From NCBI GenBank assembly GCA_036172245.1, contig JAYWIR010000106.1, positions 1 through 64,000 on the forward strand: a stretch of DNA of 64,000 nt. The letters run 5' to 3'. Positions 22,447 through 35,200 of this stretch are shown here, one piece after another (positions within the stretch are counted from its first letter, which is position 1; the number at the start of each line of letters is the position of its first letter). The position numbers were made by a program, and so were the translations under genes. This DNA comes from Raillietiella orientalis (lineage: Eukaryota). The notes under the pieces were generated by a model, which was given only the letters and a program-made list of their open reading frames with translations, was not told the DNA's origin and did no database searches.

Positions 22447-22870
22447 TAGCCTCCATGCGAAGACTCAAGATGGCCTTTGGAATCTAAACGGGCCTTGAAG
22501 ATGCAGCAAGCTAGGGATCGCTTCTACCCAGGCCCCTTTTGATCTCGTTCTCCTACATGAGGTACGTCAAGTATCTCACGAAATGGCGAGCCAGATCGAC
22601 AGTCAGGTACTCAAATATTCCGGAGGAGCGGCTTCCCATACACTCGAGGAGTCGCCTTCCTTATTAAACCAAAAGTCGCGCGCGCTAAAAAGCATGCGCT
22701 CTGATGATCCGGGTAGCTTAGGTCAACTCACCCTACGATGGTTGAACAGCATGGAACTCGTGGTGACCAACATATGTCCCAACATAGAACAAAAGCGTGC
22801 GAGAACGCAATTGCTTTTTCCGAGAGCTAGACCGAGAGTGGATCAATGCTCGCGGACTGCACACAGCGCA
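22447..22870 (+). pseudogene. Degraded LINE ORF1/ORF2 junction and APE N-terminus
   Basis: tagcctccatgcg is identical to 7488-7500. The downstream sequence is colinear with 7496-7930. Confidence 0.75.
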
Positions 22871-22879
22871 CCTGGTGGC

Positions 22880-23740
22880 ACAGCGAAAAATATGGGACTA
22901 CCTCCAAAGGTATCACTGCAAAGGGTGTCACTGTCCATCTCCGACGACAGGCTACGATGTTTTGCATTTGACAGTGCTTACTTGGAACCAGCAATAGAAA
23001 GTTAGAAATAGAAAGTCCGGAAAGCATGAAATTTTACTGCTCCAAACTCGACCCATAACCATGGGTTTGAGGATCCGTCGACAATGAAACGGATAATTCA
23101 TACGAAACAAAGGTACTATTCCTCTACACACTTAATCTAATTCCAGCAGTTACAACTGATCAAAGCTGGCTACAACGAAAAGTACTTGCCAGAACACCAT
23201 ATCAGATTCTACTATAGAATGAATACAAAAAGGAATGCTTTTGTCAAAACTGACACTAGACACCTATGAACGGACTACAGCTGAGGGAAGGGCAACTAAC
23301 CATACTAAACATCTTCGAAAAACATGAATCCAAGAAATACAATCTGGATTAAAGACGAGAACGGATACGACGACTAGACTGCCTTCCCGAAATGGCTTTT
23401 CCTGAAGAAATCGGCATTTACCTACAATCATGCAAGAAAAGCAGACGCTGCCCATCTTTTTAACAGGGAAAAAATCAGTTTGATTGATCTCACCAGGGAC
23501 AAAAACCCGTATTGCACGAGTTCTTACTCGTGCAATACGGGTTCATTGAATCATCGAAAATGGCTATAAAATAGGAATCCATAAAATACTTGGCCACTGC
23601 ATAGGTCTTCTTTGTGAAGGTCAACTGATCACCAGACTACTTTGAACAAAGCATCCACTGATGACAGTTTATCACTATTGATGATCCCTCCACAAAAGAC
23701 CAACTTCACTAAGGATAAAGAAGGAAACAACACCTTTTGT
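22880..23740 (+). pseudogene. rep: Heavily decayed CRESS Rep relic with a 34-nt intron (23113-23146)
   Basis: DSAYLEPA, FYCSK, QLQLIKAG, KADAAH, LIDLTRD and VQYGFIE are recognisable despite stops and frameshifts. Confidence 0.8.
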
Positions 23741-23769
23741 TAAAACAAACAAAAACTATTAAACATATT

Positions 23770-24200
23770 TCATGTTTCATCTTTTCCATATATCTTACAT
23801 ATATAACTCGTAAAACCACGAAAGACAAAATGCAATCACCTCATCATACGATACAAATGAGAATACCTAATCCTAGTTCCTTCCATTGGGTTCAGCTCTC
23901 TACACGCAACCAATTTACAATAACCAACCACATTCTAAAACAAACTAAATGTCGAACCATATACACTCAAAGACATATCAGTCTTATCATCCAACTCCAC
24001 AAATTTAAAACGAACTCCTCTACTCTTCTGCCCATCTTCATAATTAATCCGGAACTTACGATAATACGGCACATAAAAACATACACCCTGTGTTCAAACA
24101 TACGCAATCCCAACTTTTCAGTATTTTCATGATCCATATTGCTATACACAGGCAACACCACCTCCATAAGACGCTTCGTATAAACCATTTGATTCCTACT
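23770..24200 (-). pseudogene. cap: Decayed capsid relic convergent with the 22.9-kb Rep
   Basis: The minus frame reads FYVPYYRK...VRFKFVEL...NVVGY...LYRMMR*LHFVFRGF, similar to the other capsid C-terminal halves. Confidence 0.55.
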
Positions 24201-24227
24201 CAGAAGATGCGAACACTTTCAGGAGTG

Positions 24228-24415
24228 CTTCCCAACCCCTCATGTATTCGTAATGCAAATTCGCCGCACCACTACTCGAAACTCAACGTCCACTGATGGG
24301 AGTTGAATACCATCGTCTACGCCAAAAAAAAAAAAAAAACCAACTTCATCATGGATGACGATGGAAACATAGCACCTTTTTTTAAAGGAAGACAAACAAT
24401 AAAATTCATTACAAT
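24228..24415 (+). pseudogene. rep: Another Rep C-terminal fragment
   Basis: FPTPHVFV/ANSPHHYSKLNVH*W...MDDDGNIAPF followed by AATAAA, compared with FEPPHIVVFSNWEPDYSKMSSDRW...MIDDSGLVLPW. Confidence 0.6.
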
Positions 24416-24454
24416 GTTTTCATGGGTTTTCGCTTTCATAGATCTTAAAGATAG

Positions 24455-24840
24455 CCCGCGTTTGATACCTGCTTCATCAAGAAGGCTTCGTAGCCCTGAA
24501 GGAACTACCAAACCAAAAAACATTAAGACAACACACCTACTGAAAGAAATGGCAAAAATACTGCAGTTGCACCGCGAACTGTGCAGCAAACCAGCAAACT
24601 ACGGAGCGTAGAGCACGTGGTTTCAGTGAAGTTTTGGATTCAGAACACTAACGAAGAGTGCCGGACCCCAACAAAGACACTTGCCGGCATAAAGGAGCTC
24701 ACCATCGAACAAGAGGGAACATCCCTCAGGGGATATCTCAGATGGGCAGTCACTCAAGTGGATAAAGAATTCAAAAATCAAAAAACAGGGCACACTCCCA
24801 TGAACCTGTCAGGTCGACAGTAATGTGGCTCGAAGGAACA
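24455..24840 (+). mobile_element. LINE ORF2 post-RT fragment
   Basis: PASSRRLRSP...LKEMAKIL...NYGA...VKFWIQ compared with PATSRRLRSPLREMSNLL...NYQA...VKYWIH at 20570-20700. Confidence 0.6.
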
Positions 24841-27800
24841 GGAATACTACAGAACAAATGCAATCCACAACGTGCGTAGCCTGCATCTCCTGATCATCAT
24901 GCAAACACACACACAGGGCCACTTGAAAGAAAAATTTGTTTCAGCAAAACAATGAAAAACATTCCATAGGATCCTGCATCCTTGCATCAGTGCCAAATAT
25001 TCACACCAGTTGGACAAAGCCAAAGCAGTAAACAAAGATAGTAATCTACAACCTTTCTTTTTGTTCAGGATCAAAGAAAAAGTCTTCAGTTATATAGTTT
25101 AGGTTTCCAGCTAGGTCAAGTGAATGGATGCACATTTGCAAAATGCTCCCACAAAACCAAAGACTGCAACTGAAGCATTTAAAAACTCATTCAACTAGAA
25201 GAGCAACATTTCCTGCCAAATACTTTGCAACTTCATTATTGCAGAGTCCACAAACCACAAGATCACAGAGCAATAACTTCTATTGGGCTCCCTCTCTAGA
25301 CCACCAGTTTCTGTAAGCAACATCAACCACACTGCAAATGATGTTTGCTAAGTAAGAATGCTAAGAAATCTTGAGTGCTGGGAAATTAAATAAACTCAAC
25401 AAATATTGATGATGAGCACTTTGTATACAAACAAAACATTGTATACATTTCGTATACCAACTCAATACTTTTGGTGTAGTTGCTCAACATGTGACTACTT
25501 CAGCTGCAAAACGTTTCCAAGAATGGTGAAGCATGCAAACGTTTACACAACAATCACACACTAAGAACATTCATGAACATAAATGCGAATGCAGCACGCT
25601 GTGAATACAATTTGCAACATACTGCCACTTATTTCAAACCCTTGGTTCTATGAAAGAAAATGCATCAAACAGCCATTCCACATTTTTCAAGGTTTATAAA
25701 AAATTCCATATTTCAGGGCAAACAAGTTCATCACAATGCAACCTACATGGAAAAACAAACACCCATGGTGTTCAATCTTATGTGCACTAGGACAATGCAA
25801 CACCCACAGATTACCACAGAGAGTTCAGTAAGTAACCAGGAAACAATAAAAGTAAAAAAAAGAATTTGATTCTTCATGTAATATTTTTTAATTCAAAGTG
25901 TTTGGTAATGGTCAAATGAACTACAAGTGTGCCACTACTCTCATGCTAACTGAATATTTACCATTCATTCAAAAAGCTTGCCAAAATGTCATCATTCGCT
26001 AAAAAGAAATTTGAGCTATCGCTTGCACATTACTAAGAAGATTACTATACAAATTCCATGTTTCAAAAAGACTTCAAAATAAGCAAGTGTCTGCTGGCAA
26101 CGCCACATCTATTCAGCAACACTTTACACAGCATTGGGTGTTGAAGCCATATCTAAAGGTAAAAACCTTTTGAAGCCTTACAGTGATCCACGAGGAAAAC
26201 AAACTTGTGAATGAGGAAACATGAGGACTTACCATACTACACACCAAGGTGAAATCCCTGCATTTTTGTGAAACTATTCCAATTCTTGTTCCATGTCATT
26301 GTTTCTTGTCTTCCCTTATTCAATGGGATCGTGCACCTTAATGCAATTGCTCCTAATGACAAATTCGAGAAAACGAATTTCCACGAGATGGGAAGTTACG
26401 TTAATATCGGTTTACAGACCAGTTGGAATAAAAAGCAGAAAAAATATACCTGCTTCTCAAATGCACAAAGATGGGATACTAACAAGTTCAGATTGAGGAC
26501 ATTTGCGTTCCGGGGCCTTAAGCGACTTTCCTAACTATGAACATTCCACGTCCATTTTGCAGGCGAGAAAGCAACGAAGGACAAGCAAACTTTAGATACC
26601 TAGGACGAGCACGCCACAGACAACTCCACCCTGCAACAACCTCACTGCCAACCACCCCAAAGCACATCCGGAGGGTCCATTTTGCTTCCGCTCGACAGAG
26701 CCCTCCGCACTGTGCTACTATCTCGGAGCAGGCGGCAGAAGTGGAGCTCTCGTTGTTACTCCGAACGCAGATCTTCGGCGTTCGGATACCGGATTCTGCG
26801 TTGGCTCTTCTCAACCGAGGTACTGAAGGACAGAGGAGGAGTACTCTTCGCTCTGATCCTCCCAGGTTGGATTTCGAGCTTCTTACCCCCGACAAGAGAC
26901 CTCCCAGACGCACAGCCACTTCAGTCACCCGGGTGCGTGCGGCCTGACCAAACAGAAGGCCGAAATAAGCGACAGGTCCGGCAACCCGGATCACAACTTG
27001 CACTGGACGAGGCGCTTCCCGACGGCGGTGGCCGCTCGCGCTATCGGAAAACGCAAGAAGCTAAAGTACTCAGGAGATGGTAAATGGCCAGCAGAACTTT
27101 TCCAACCTTTCGCGTTCACCTTAATGCAATTATTCGCCAGCGATGACGCATCGGCATCCTCAGTCCACTCCGAAGGCCTCTTCTCCGCCTGGGAGGCTTC
27201 CTGCATGTACCAGTGGAGATTCCGGCGACGTTCTACTGTCCCTATGAGGTGACAGGAATCAAGCCATCCCATGCAACGCGCTTGGACACCATTGGAGCAG
27301 AAAGAACGTGGCTCTAGGATGCTTAAGGAGCGTCACAACGCCGTACACGCAACCCAAGGTTGTGTGTGACTCTTGAGGTTATAAAGGATACCCTGGCAGA
27401 GGAAAACACTGTGAATCTAGGAAGGCCATGGAGAAACAAGACAGTTGTTTCTCTTATGGATGAAAGCATCCCTCATTCATCTGAATATTAAAATAAGAGA
27501 ATGAATCAATTTGCATGTGCATCGGCGCAGCACGTGCGTCCAAAGTCTTCCACGCGTCTAGTAGAAGTTGCGTAAAGTGCTGGTGAAGAGTAAAGGTGGG
27601 TAACCTCTGCATGGCATCTGGATGTCCTTGGTGGCGACTTGCGTTCGCAGCACGCGACAGGAAGAAGCGCCCGCGGAGCTCTTCAGAAATGACTTGTGGA
27701 ACAAAGGCAGGTCGCGCACCCGGTTGAAAGAACAAGACATACCGAACGGGGATGGCCGAGCAGGCCCTCGGATTCTCAATCGGATGGAGCGTCAGCTTCG

Positions 27801-28514
27801 GTCCGGCAGACCAGTCTCGTAGGCAGAGAACTCATCACGTGGTCGCCATGACGCCCCTCCGTTGATCAAGCATTCGCCAGCGATGGGCGGGCGTCGATGA
27901 TCCAGAAAACCTAAGCTTTTGAATGTGTAACAAATGAAAATTGTATTTCCCTTATCAAATACTAGTTACATCTCATTAATAATAATAACAATAAATGATG
28001 ATAGCTCCCCACAGCACAACCTGGAAGTGGACAGTGAAGGAAACCCGCCCCGAAATTCCTGAAAAGACCACAAGGGTCTGTCGTCTCCCAGTTTCGGATA
28101 GTAGTCAACGGGGGCATCCGATCACCAACGCGTACAGGTGACATACCGGAGCCACACCCCAGTGGGCTAGCCAAGCGCCTTCATCCCGCATGGGGACTCA
28201 AACCCACAACGCATCTCTTAACTCTTGGCGTCCATTCTCTGCAGGCATTCGAACTCGCGACGTTTGGTGCCACGCGCGGAAGCAGTCACCACACGGGCGC
28301 CAACGGGGGACTCCACCGCAGAGAATGGAAGAGGGAAGAGTTGAGCATACCGCAGGGACGTTTTGTCTGCCGGTGCTCTCAGCTCGGCAAGTTCGCTTGA
28401 AGCTGCCGACGTCTCTGGTTCTAGACAGACTCACATAGTGAAAGCCGAAGACAGGCCCGCAGGGATGACACTCTAGAGGTGTGACTACCGCCGGACACAC
28501 AAAACAACCTCCTG

Positions 28515-29075
28515 ATGTTCCATCATGGAGGAATCCTGAGTGAGTCTAGGATGAAACATAGGGCAAAAGAAGACGAGGATTGCAAAGCATGTGGGGATTT
28601 TCAGACAAGAATTCATATCTTGACCCGTCCCACACTATATGAATATTGGCAGACTCTGAAAAAAATCACAGAGCTGCAGACCTATTTGCCAACGGAAGTC
28701 GTGACCGAGACATTTCAAGGAAGCTGTAACGTCCCTTACTACAATTTCATGCTTAGGACGACCATTGTTCTGTTTATTACGGTCATCGTAATCAGATGGT
28801 GGAAGATGAGGACCAGTGGAACGGCCGTATCTCCCATGGAAATCCTGAGAGGGATCATCCAAAGAAAGATACGGATCTGTGGTGGAGAGCCAGCATGGAC
28901 ATACCAACATATCCTGAAAAGGATTGGGGTCAATGTCCTAACACACCCAAACCCACCCTAGTGCAAATCCTTAGTGCAGCGACCCCCCGAAGAAGACTTC
29001 AATGCAAAAATAATAATGAACTTTGTCTGAAGTGGAATGAATAGGTTTGTAGAATGAATGCAAAAGAAATAAAAT
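28515..29075 (+). mobile_element. Probable 3' end of another LINE (C-terminal zinc-finger remnant)
   Basis: CKACGDFQTRIHIL...YW pattern, followed by AATAAA at ~29068. Confidence 0.5.
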
Positions 29076-29723
29076 GTATGATTGGAAACACGTCCACATA
29101 ATGAAAGTCTTAAAGGATTTTCATTCTGTGAATCCTCTGGAAACAAGTTTGATACGCCGTGCCAAGCTAGTTCCTTGCATTCGGATCGGATGAGAATCTC
29201 CCCAAAGCTGCACCTTTGGCCTTTATGGAAATCTGTAGATTTTTCTGGAAACTCGTGGGTTATCGAAGGCCATGTGGCGGAAATTTCCTTAGCATCAGTT
29301 AGCAACTCTGCACCGCGCCTATGGCGCGATTTACGCCCTCAGGGGGTGGTGAGTTGGCTCCTGTGCGGGCTGGTAGAGGGCTTTACATTTTTTAACAAAA
29401 TTTCATTCCACATGAAATTCCTAAAAAAAATTGCTGATCCTACAAATATCTACATTGCAGGTAAAGCTAAATTTGATCCATTGTACACTGTTTACGAGCA
29501 TTTGGTTTTGTAGTGAGGGTGATTTGCAGTTGCGATTAAGTCGGGATAAAATGGATGAAGATGAAATTAAGCATATGGCTACGAAAGATTCTGACATCCA
29601 TTCCTCACAGTCCGATAGAAAGATGAAAGACCTAGGTCCAACAGCTAAGTATCAGGGACAAGCCCAATCAATAAAGTTGCTAACACAGGTACAAAGGTCA
29701 ACAGTGAAGTTGAAAGTGTAAAG

Positions 29724-32007
29724 CATGGTGTCAAGCTGACGGCCCTCGATGTTATTTTATGTGACCGCGATGCTCTGAAATGGAATGAAAAAACAGAAGA
29801 ATATGTTGCGAAGAAAATAGCAAGTCACCCCCGCGGCGTTGCTGTGTCACATGCCATGATGCAATGGTCAACCGTGTGGTCCAGCGGAAATCCCAAATGA
29901 AGCTTTCCTTCGAATTTTCACGAAAGGCATTGGCGCCAATTTCTTTGTCCCGATCGGCGTGCCAAAGATTTGCGAGCTCTTTCCTACCTTACTTAAAAAA
30001 AAAGGTAAGCGGTTGCGGTTCCTCCAATTTTTGCACTTTACATTGAACGGTTATTTTTTATACAGAAAATGTTGCTTTCCACGCTAAATAAAAAACGAGA
30101 GTTTGGTGAGGAGGGAAGAAGATTGCAAGAAAGGTGAGAGGTGAACTTTAGTGTGGAAATGGACAATAAAATCACATGTTTAATTTGCAAGCAATCAATT
30201 CGCCAAAGTGTCGTTAAAGAACACAACATGAAGCGTCATCACAGCACGAAATCACGAAGAACCGTTTTCGAGCTTCGAAGGAAATGCAAGAGAAGAAAAG
30301 TTGAAAAGAAGGAAGAAGAACTAACTGAATAGCCAGCAGCAACGAGTGCTCGCGAAATTCATGCAAAGCAGTGAATCAGTGACAAGAGCTCGTTCCGAAA
30401 TAAGCCATTTCCCATCAAAAGGTTCAAAATCAGCCACCGATGGCCCTTCAATGAAGGAACGTATGATAAATGCTGCCGAAATCGTCTGTCCAGAAATGTC
30501 AATCCTTATCAGGAAAGAGGGTGGCAGACGGAATTACTGAAATGGCAGATAACATCAGCTGACGACTACAGGAAATATCTACCAAAGTGCAATCCTTTTC
30601 GATGGCGATTGGTGAATGCACAGATGTGAGAGATGTTGCACAAGTTGCCGCTCTTTTTCTCCGCGGTTGCGATGACAACATGAGGGTCACGGAGGAATTG
30701 TCGGAAACTTGACGGCTCGTTTCTGTGACAACAACTGACGGCGCCAAAGCGAAAGGAAAACGATCCCAGGTGAAAGGAAAGGATTTGTGTCCAGACTAAC
30801 AGTAGAATTCCAAGATGAATATCCAGATAAACTGAAAATCAGGGTCTTCCATTGCCTCATCCACCTACGAGTTCCCTGTTTGAAAATATAGGAAATGGAG
30901 GAAGTACGTGAAGACAGTCAACTTGATTCCATCCGGAGCACTGAACCATCTCCAACTTACTTCGTTCCTTGAAGATTCAGAGTCCGAAGATCTTTCTTAT
31001 TCCGCAGAAGTTCTTTGGTTCTCCTGAAGAGCTTCTATCTGCTTTTGGGGGAAATTATCGTGCTTCCTGAAATGAAAAATGAAAGGAAGGAAAAGGGCGC
31101 CAAAGATGCTTTGTGGGTTGAAGACCTCGGATTTTTAGCAGATATTACAGGTCATCTGAACAATCTGAATATTACGTTGCAAGGCAAAGATCAATTAATA
31201 GGGAATAGGAACAGGCAATTGCAAGTTTTGTGCAAAAGCTTACGTTGTTCAAAAATCATTTACAACAAAACGCTTTCACATATTTTCCTACGTGTGAGCA
31301 GTGAAAAGCAGAAAATCAAATTCGCTCGATTTCACAATACTGTGATCCAATGGAAGAAATCAAAAACAAATTCGATAAACGTTTTCATCATTTCAGGGAG
31401 TGAGAAGAAATTTTTTCCTTCGAAGTGAAAAGAGCTCCCACTTCGATGCAACTGGGATGAATTGATTTCCAGAATGAGTCGGTTTTACAGGACAAACATC
31501 GAGAAGTAGGGATTTCCAAAATGAATTCTCATTGATGCGACAAGTACCCGGAAAACGAAAAGTTTCCCGCGCAAATTTGGTGCCATTTTGGGAGAACTTC
31601 CAGATTTTAGAGCAGTCCTTTCCGTGCAAGAAATGAAACAAAACGGCTTACAGATGAAGATGAACTGACGAGCATCCATCTGCCGTAATGGAGATTGTTT
31701 GTTCTCAGTCTCCGAATCCAAATATTCAAAAAGTGGGAGGAGGAAAGCGCCGGCAACTTTCTGCTGAAAAGGATGAAATTTCGTTTCATAAAGTCTTTGA
31801 ATTCAATGAATGTTCCAATAAAAGCAATTATATATCATTACAATTAAATGCACTCGATTACATAATGTGTTTTAACTATCCTATTTATATTCCTGAATCC
31901 CCACTCCAAAATGTAAATTTCAGAAAATTTGCAAATGTGATGCGTCCCGCGTGGACGCTATCGGTGGCATGAAATGGCCCGCGGCTGGAATGAGTGCGAC
32001 ACACCTC
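29724..32007 (+). mobile_element. Decayed hAT DNA transposon (GTF2IRD2/SPIN/Buster-like transposase)
   Basis: CLICKQ...KEHNMKRHH zinc finger, SVTTTDGA, FHCLIH, WVEDLGFLADITGHLNNLNITLQGK. Degenerate hAT-type ends: catggtgtcaa...ggccc and ggcccgcgg...gacacacct. Many stops. Confidence 0.85.
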
Positions 32008-32292
32008 GTCGAAATCGGCAAAGAAATGGAAGTGGTTGGACTCACATGACCGCGAAGAAAAAAGGACAAGCAAGAGCAGAATAGCAGCAGCTCAGCACAC
32101 GGTGCAACCTCCCCAAATGCCTCCTCCCACCACCCCCAGAACCCATCCCCTGCCCCCGTCCCCCGGCCCTCACCCCCCATCACGCCCCGTCCTCCCGCGA
32201 AGACTGCACGCGTCGAGTAAAAGACTCATCCAAGTTAAGCAACGCTATGTATGTCTATTCTTTAGAAGTAAACGCCCCGGCGCCCCCAGGCA
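32008..32292 (+). mobile_element. LINE family-2-like 3' end
   Basis: KSAKKWKWLDSHDREE resembles the family 2 ORF2 tail. A C-rich tract and agtaaacgccccggcg at 32267 follow. Confidence 0.6.
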
Positions 32293-35200
32293 ATGAGACA
32301 CCTGGTCAAAAGCTTACTTGAGGGGAGCGGAATACGAAAGGCAGTGTAATGCTAATAACCCTTTAGCATCGCAGGCGTACGCTTCAAGAATTTAGCACGC
32401 TTTCGGATGAACGCAGTCTGAGAAAGTTCTTGAGACCACGAGCGAATCGATGTACCCTCTTTGAAATCCTCGGTGGCCCGTTCTGATCTCACTCTGTACC
32501 AGCGTCTCATATGGTGGAACCGGAATTTTCTGGAGTCGCTCGACGTACAGCTAGCCCAGTCGGGATCCAAGAATCCAAGGAGTTTCAGTCTTCTTTGTCG
32601 CTCTCGCCAAGTACCTTGGCCATACCTACGAAGAGACTGCACAGCAACAGTTACAGTGGGGTGCCTTCGAGGATGGAGTACGATTCCGTCTCCCGAAGTG
32701 CCAGTGCTTGCATAAGCAGCTTCAATTTTCCTGATGTATAAATTATGAAAGTAAAGGTCTACACGGAGCGGTCACGTCTGCGATTCTTTCCTCGCTTCGA
32801 AATGTTTGTTTTGGAAGGAGAGAGTTTCAAGAGATGGAAAAACGCGCAACCACGAAAAAGATTGCCCTTCACAGCCTAGGAGGGAAAGAATGAGGACCAA
32901 GTGGACTCTGTCCAATACATTCGGAACATCCCATTTGGCTGCATTGGCTGGCAAGTTGCAGACGGTCCAGTGGAACGAAGTTGACCCGAAGCCTTCAAGA
33001 GCATGGCGAGTGTGCTCTCGGACGGGTGCACTCCTTTCGGAACCTCACCGGCAGGGAGAGATTCGCAAAAGTTGGCTGCCGCCGCCATTTGCGGAATGAT
33101 CGTGTGATGCAGCTAGGTGGGCGGCTGCAAGTTGTATCTCGAAGTTCCCCGATTGCCATGTACGTCCCTTTGCTTTTAGTGGACAAGTGTAGCCGGTTGT
33201 GAGGTTACTGGGTTTGGGAGCGATGCTTCCATCTGCAATGGTAATTCTCTTTGAGCGTGTTTTGCTTTTTCTTCCTTTGCAAGGAAAATATGCGCCCTGC
33301 TCCATCGAACCGTGGCTTCCAAAGCTGCGCTTTCAGCCAGAATCCACAAGCTCATTCGCAGCATCGTTTCCAGGCGTGCAACAGATGGTAGCATCGGATC
33401 CGCTAATTGGCATCTACTGATCGTTTGGTATCCATCTCGATGATGACGATACCCAAGTTTGTGTTCCCTCTCACTTTCGCGCCAATTTCCGCTTACCTTC
33501 AGCTGGCACGCAGTCCCTTGACTTGTGGAAGATTTTTCGCTCTCAGTCGGTGTCCCTGACGAAGCAAAAGTCGGCAATCCGAACGGATTATAATCATAAT
33601 GGCGACACTGAGTGCCGCCATCATGGAGACACGAAGCACTCAGCGCCCGAAGAATATTTCGCGGAACGTGCATCCGATTTTCGTTTTCTTCCTTGGTAGC
33701 TGGAGGTCGGTTGAAGCGGCGTTTCGCGAAACGTCGCTCGGAGCTGAACCTGAGTGGAAGGTCCGGAGACGCATCCCTATTGCTCTTGTCACATGAGGAA
33801 TTGAGAGCCGTCGAACATGCCGGCGGAGTGCGGCTCCCTGCAATCTGGAATCGCTGTTCGGAAAACGGGAGTAGCCGCGAAAGTTAGCCGCCGTCTGGGC
33901 GCTCCCGAAAGTGCGCTCGCTGCCATCCCTGCCTCCGGCCGTCGCGGCAGAACGGGAATCGACCAACAGGTTCGCAGATGCCGTGCACTGCTTGGGTTCC
34001 TGCTGATCAAGACTGCTAGGAGTTCACTCCGGACTTCTAAGTTGTACGAATGAAAATTTTGACCGTTTTCTGAGCTTGAATGCCAGGAGAAAGGATGGAA
34101 AACAAATCAGAGGGAGTGAAGAAGTCCCTCAGACTGCGGACTGCCATTTTTCATCTGCAGCGAAATAGTTTACTAGACGTGCCGCCGAGTTCGTTAACTA
34201 CATTTCCTGCTGTTATGAAGGCGGATACCAGTTAATAATACCTGTTAATGCGGATTCGTATACCAAGTAAGCCATTCCGTTTCTTTGATAATTCTATATT
34301 CGGGATGCCAAGTTCACCGTGACGGAGAACCGTGGAAATTGACACTGTGACTTCGCCCAGGTTCGTAGCGTAGGATTCCGTTCTTCGTTGGATTTTTCAC
34401 GTGCTCACCTATGTATGTGCGTCACTTCTGAAAGTGACGTTCACTTTGGAATGTGTCGCAACAAGTGGCGTTAAAAGAGAGACAACCCGACGAGTTTGGG
34501 ATTCAATTAGCAGAATGGAAAGACGATCACCATGACAACAAGGCGGATGAAAAGGTGATGATCAAAAGAAAACCGGGCCCAACCGAGGATTGCAGAATCA
34601 ACTTTAGAGATGGAAAGATTTCCGAGGGCAGCTACACGGAAATTCAGAACTCTAGACGAGACTGCTTCCACTTATCCGTTGGACTATTTCGAAAACAGCT
34701 CGCAGGAATTCTTCCTTAGTCCGAAAGTTGCAAAATTTGCAAAGGACGTGGAAAATAACACACCGAGTCGACGGAAGGTTACGATCATCTGAAGTGGACA
34801 CCAACTTCCTTCCAGAAAGCTTGTTTGCAAGAATACTTCTCCTTTAACTATGGTTGTATGCCAACGAGCTGAAGGAATTCTGCTTTTCCATCTTGGCTAG
34901 AGGACAAATTCAGCGTGGATGCAGAGGATTCCTCATGCAAAAAACTTTCAGAAGAGTTTTTGCTTAAATGTATTAATGTTCCAAGAACAAAAGAGCATGG
35001 AGGTAAACCAATGGCAACTCGGCGCAGGTTTGACCGGGACGGCGTCCGACATTTGGCCCCTGGTAGTGCCTTGCGGCCTAGCAAACGGCGCTTTCCACGT
35101 TGTTTGAGATGTGGACTATTGGGAAAGGCCACATGGTCTCAAAACTTCTTGAAAGTGGATGTTGAGCATTGGAAGGAGTTTCCTTAGAGAACCGAAAAAA

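Noticed and set aside
29716..32016. 8-bp TSD for the hAT element
   Set aside because: The flanks do not match, and the right end abuts a LINE fragment.
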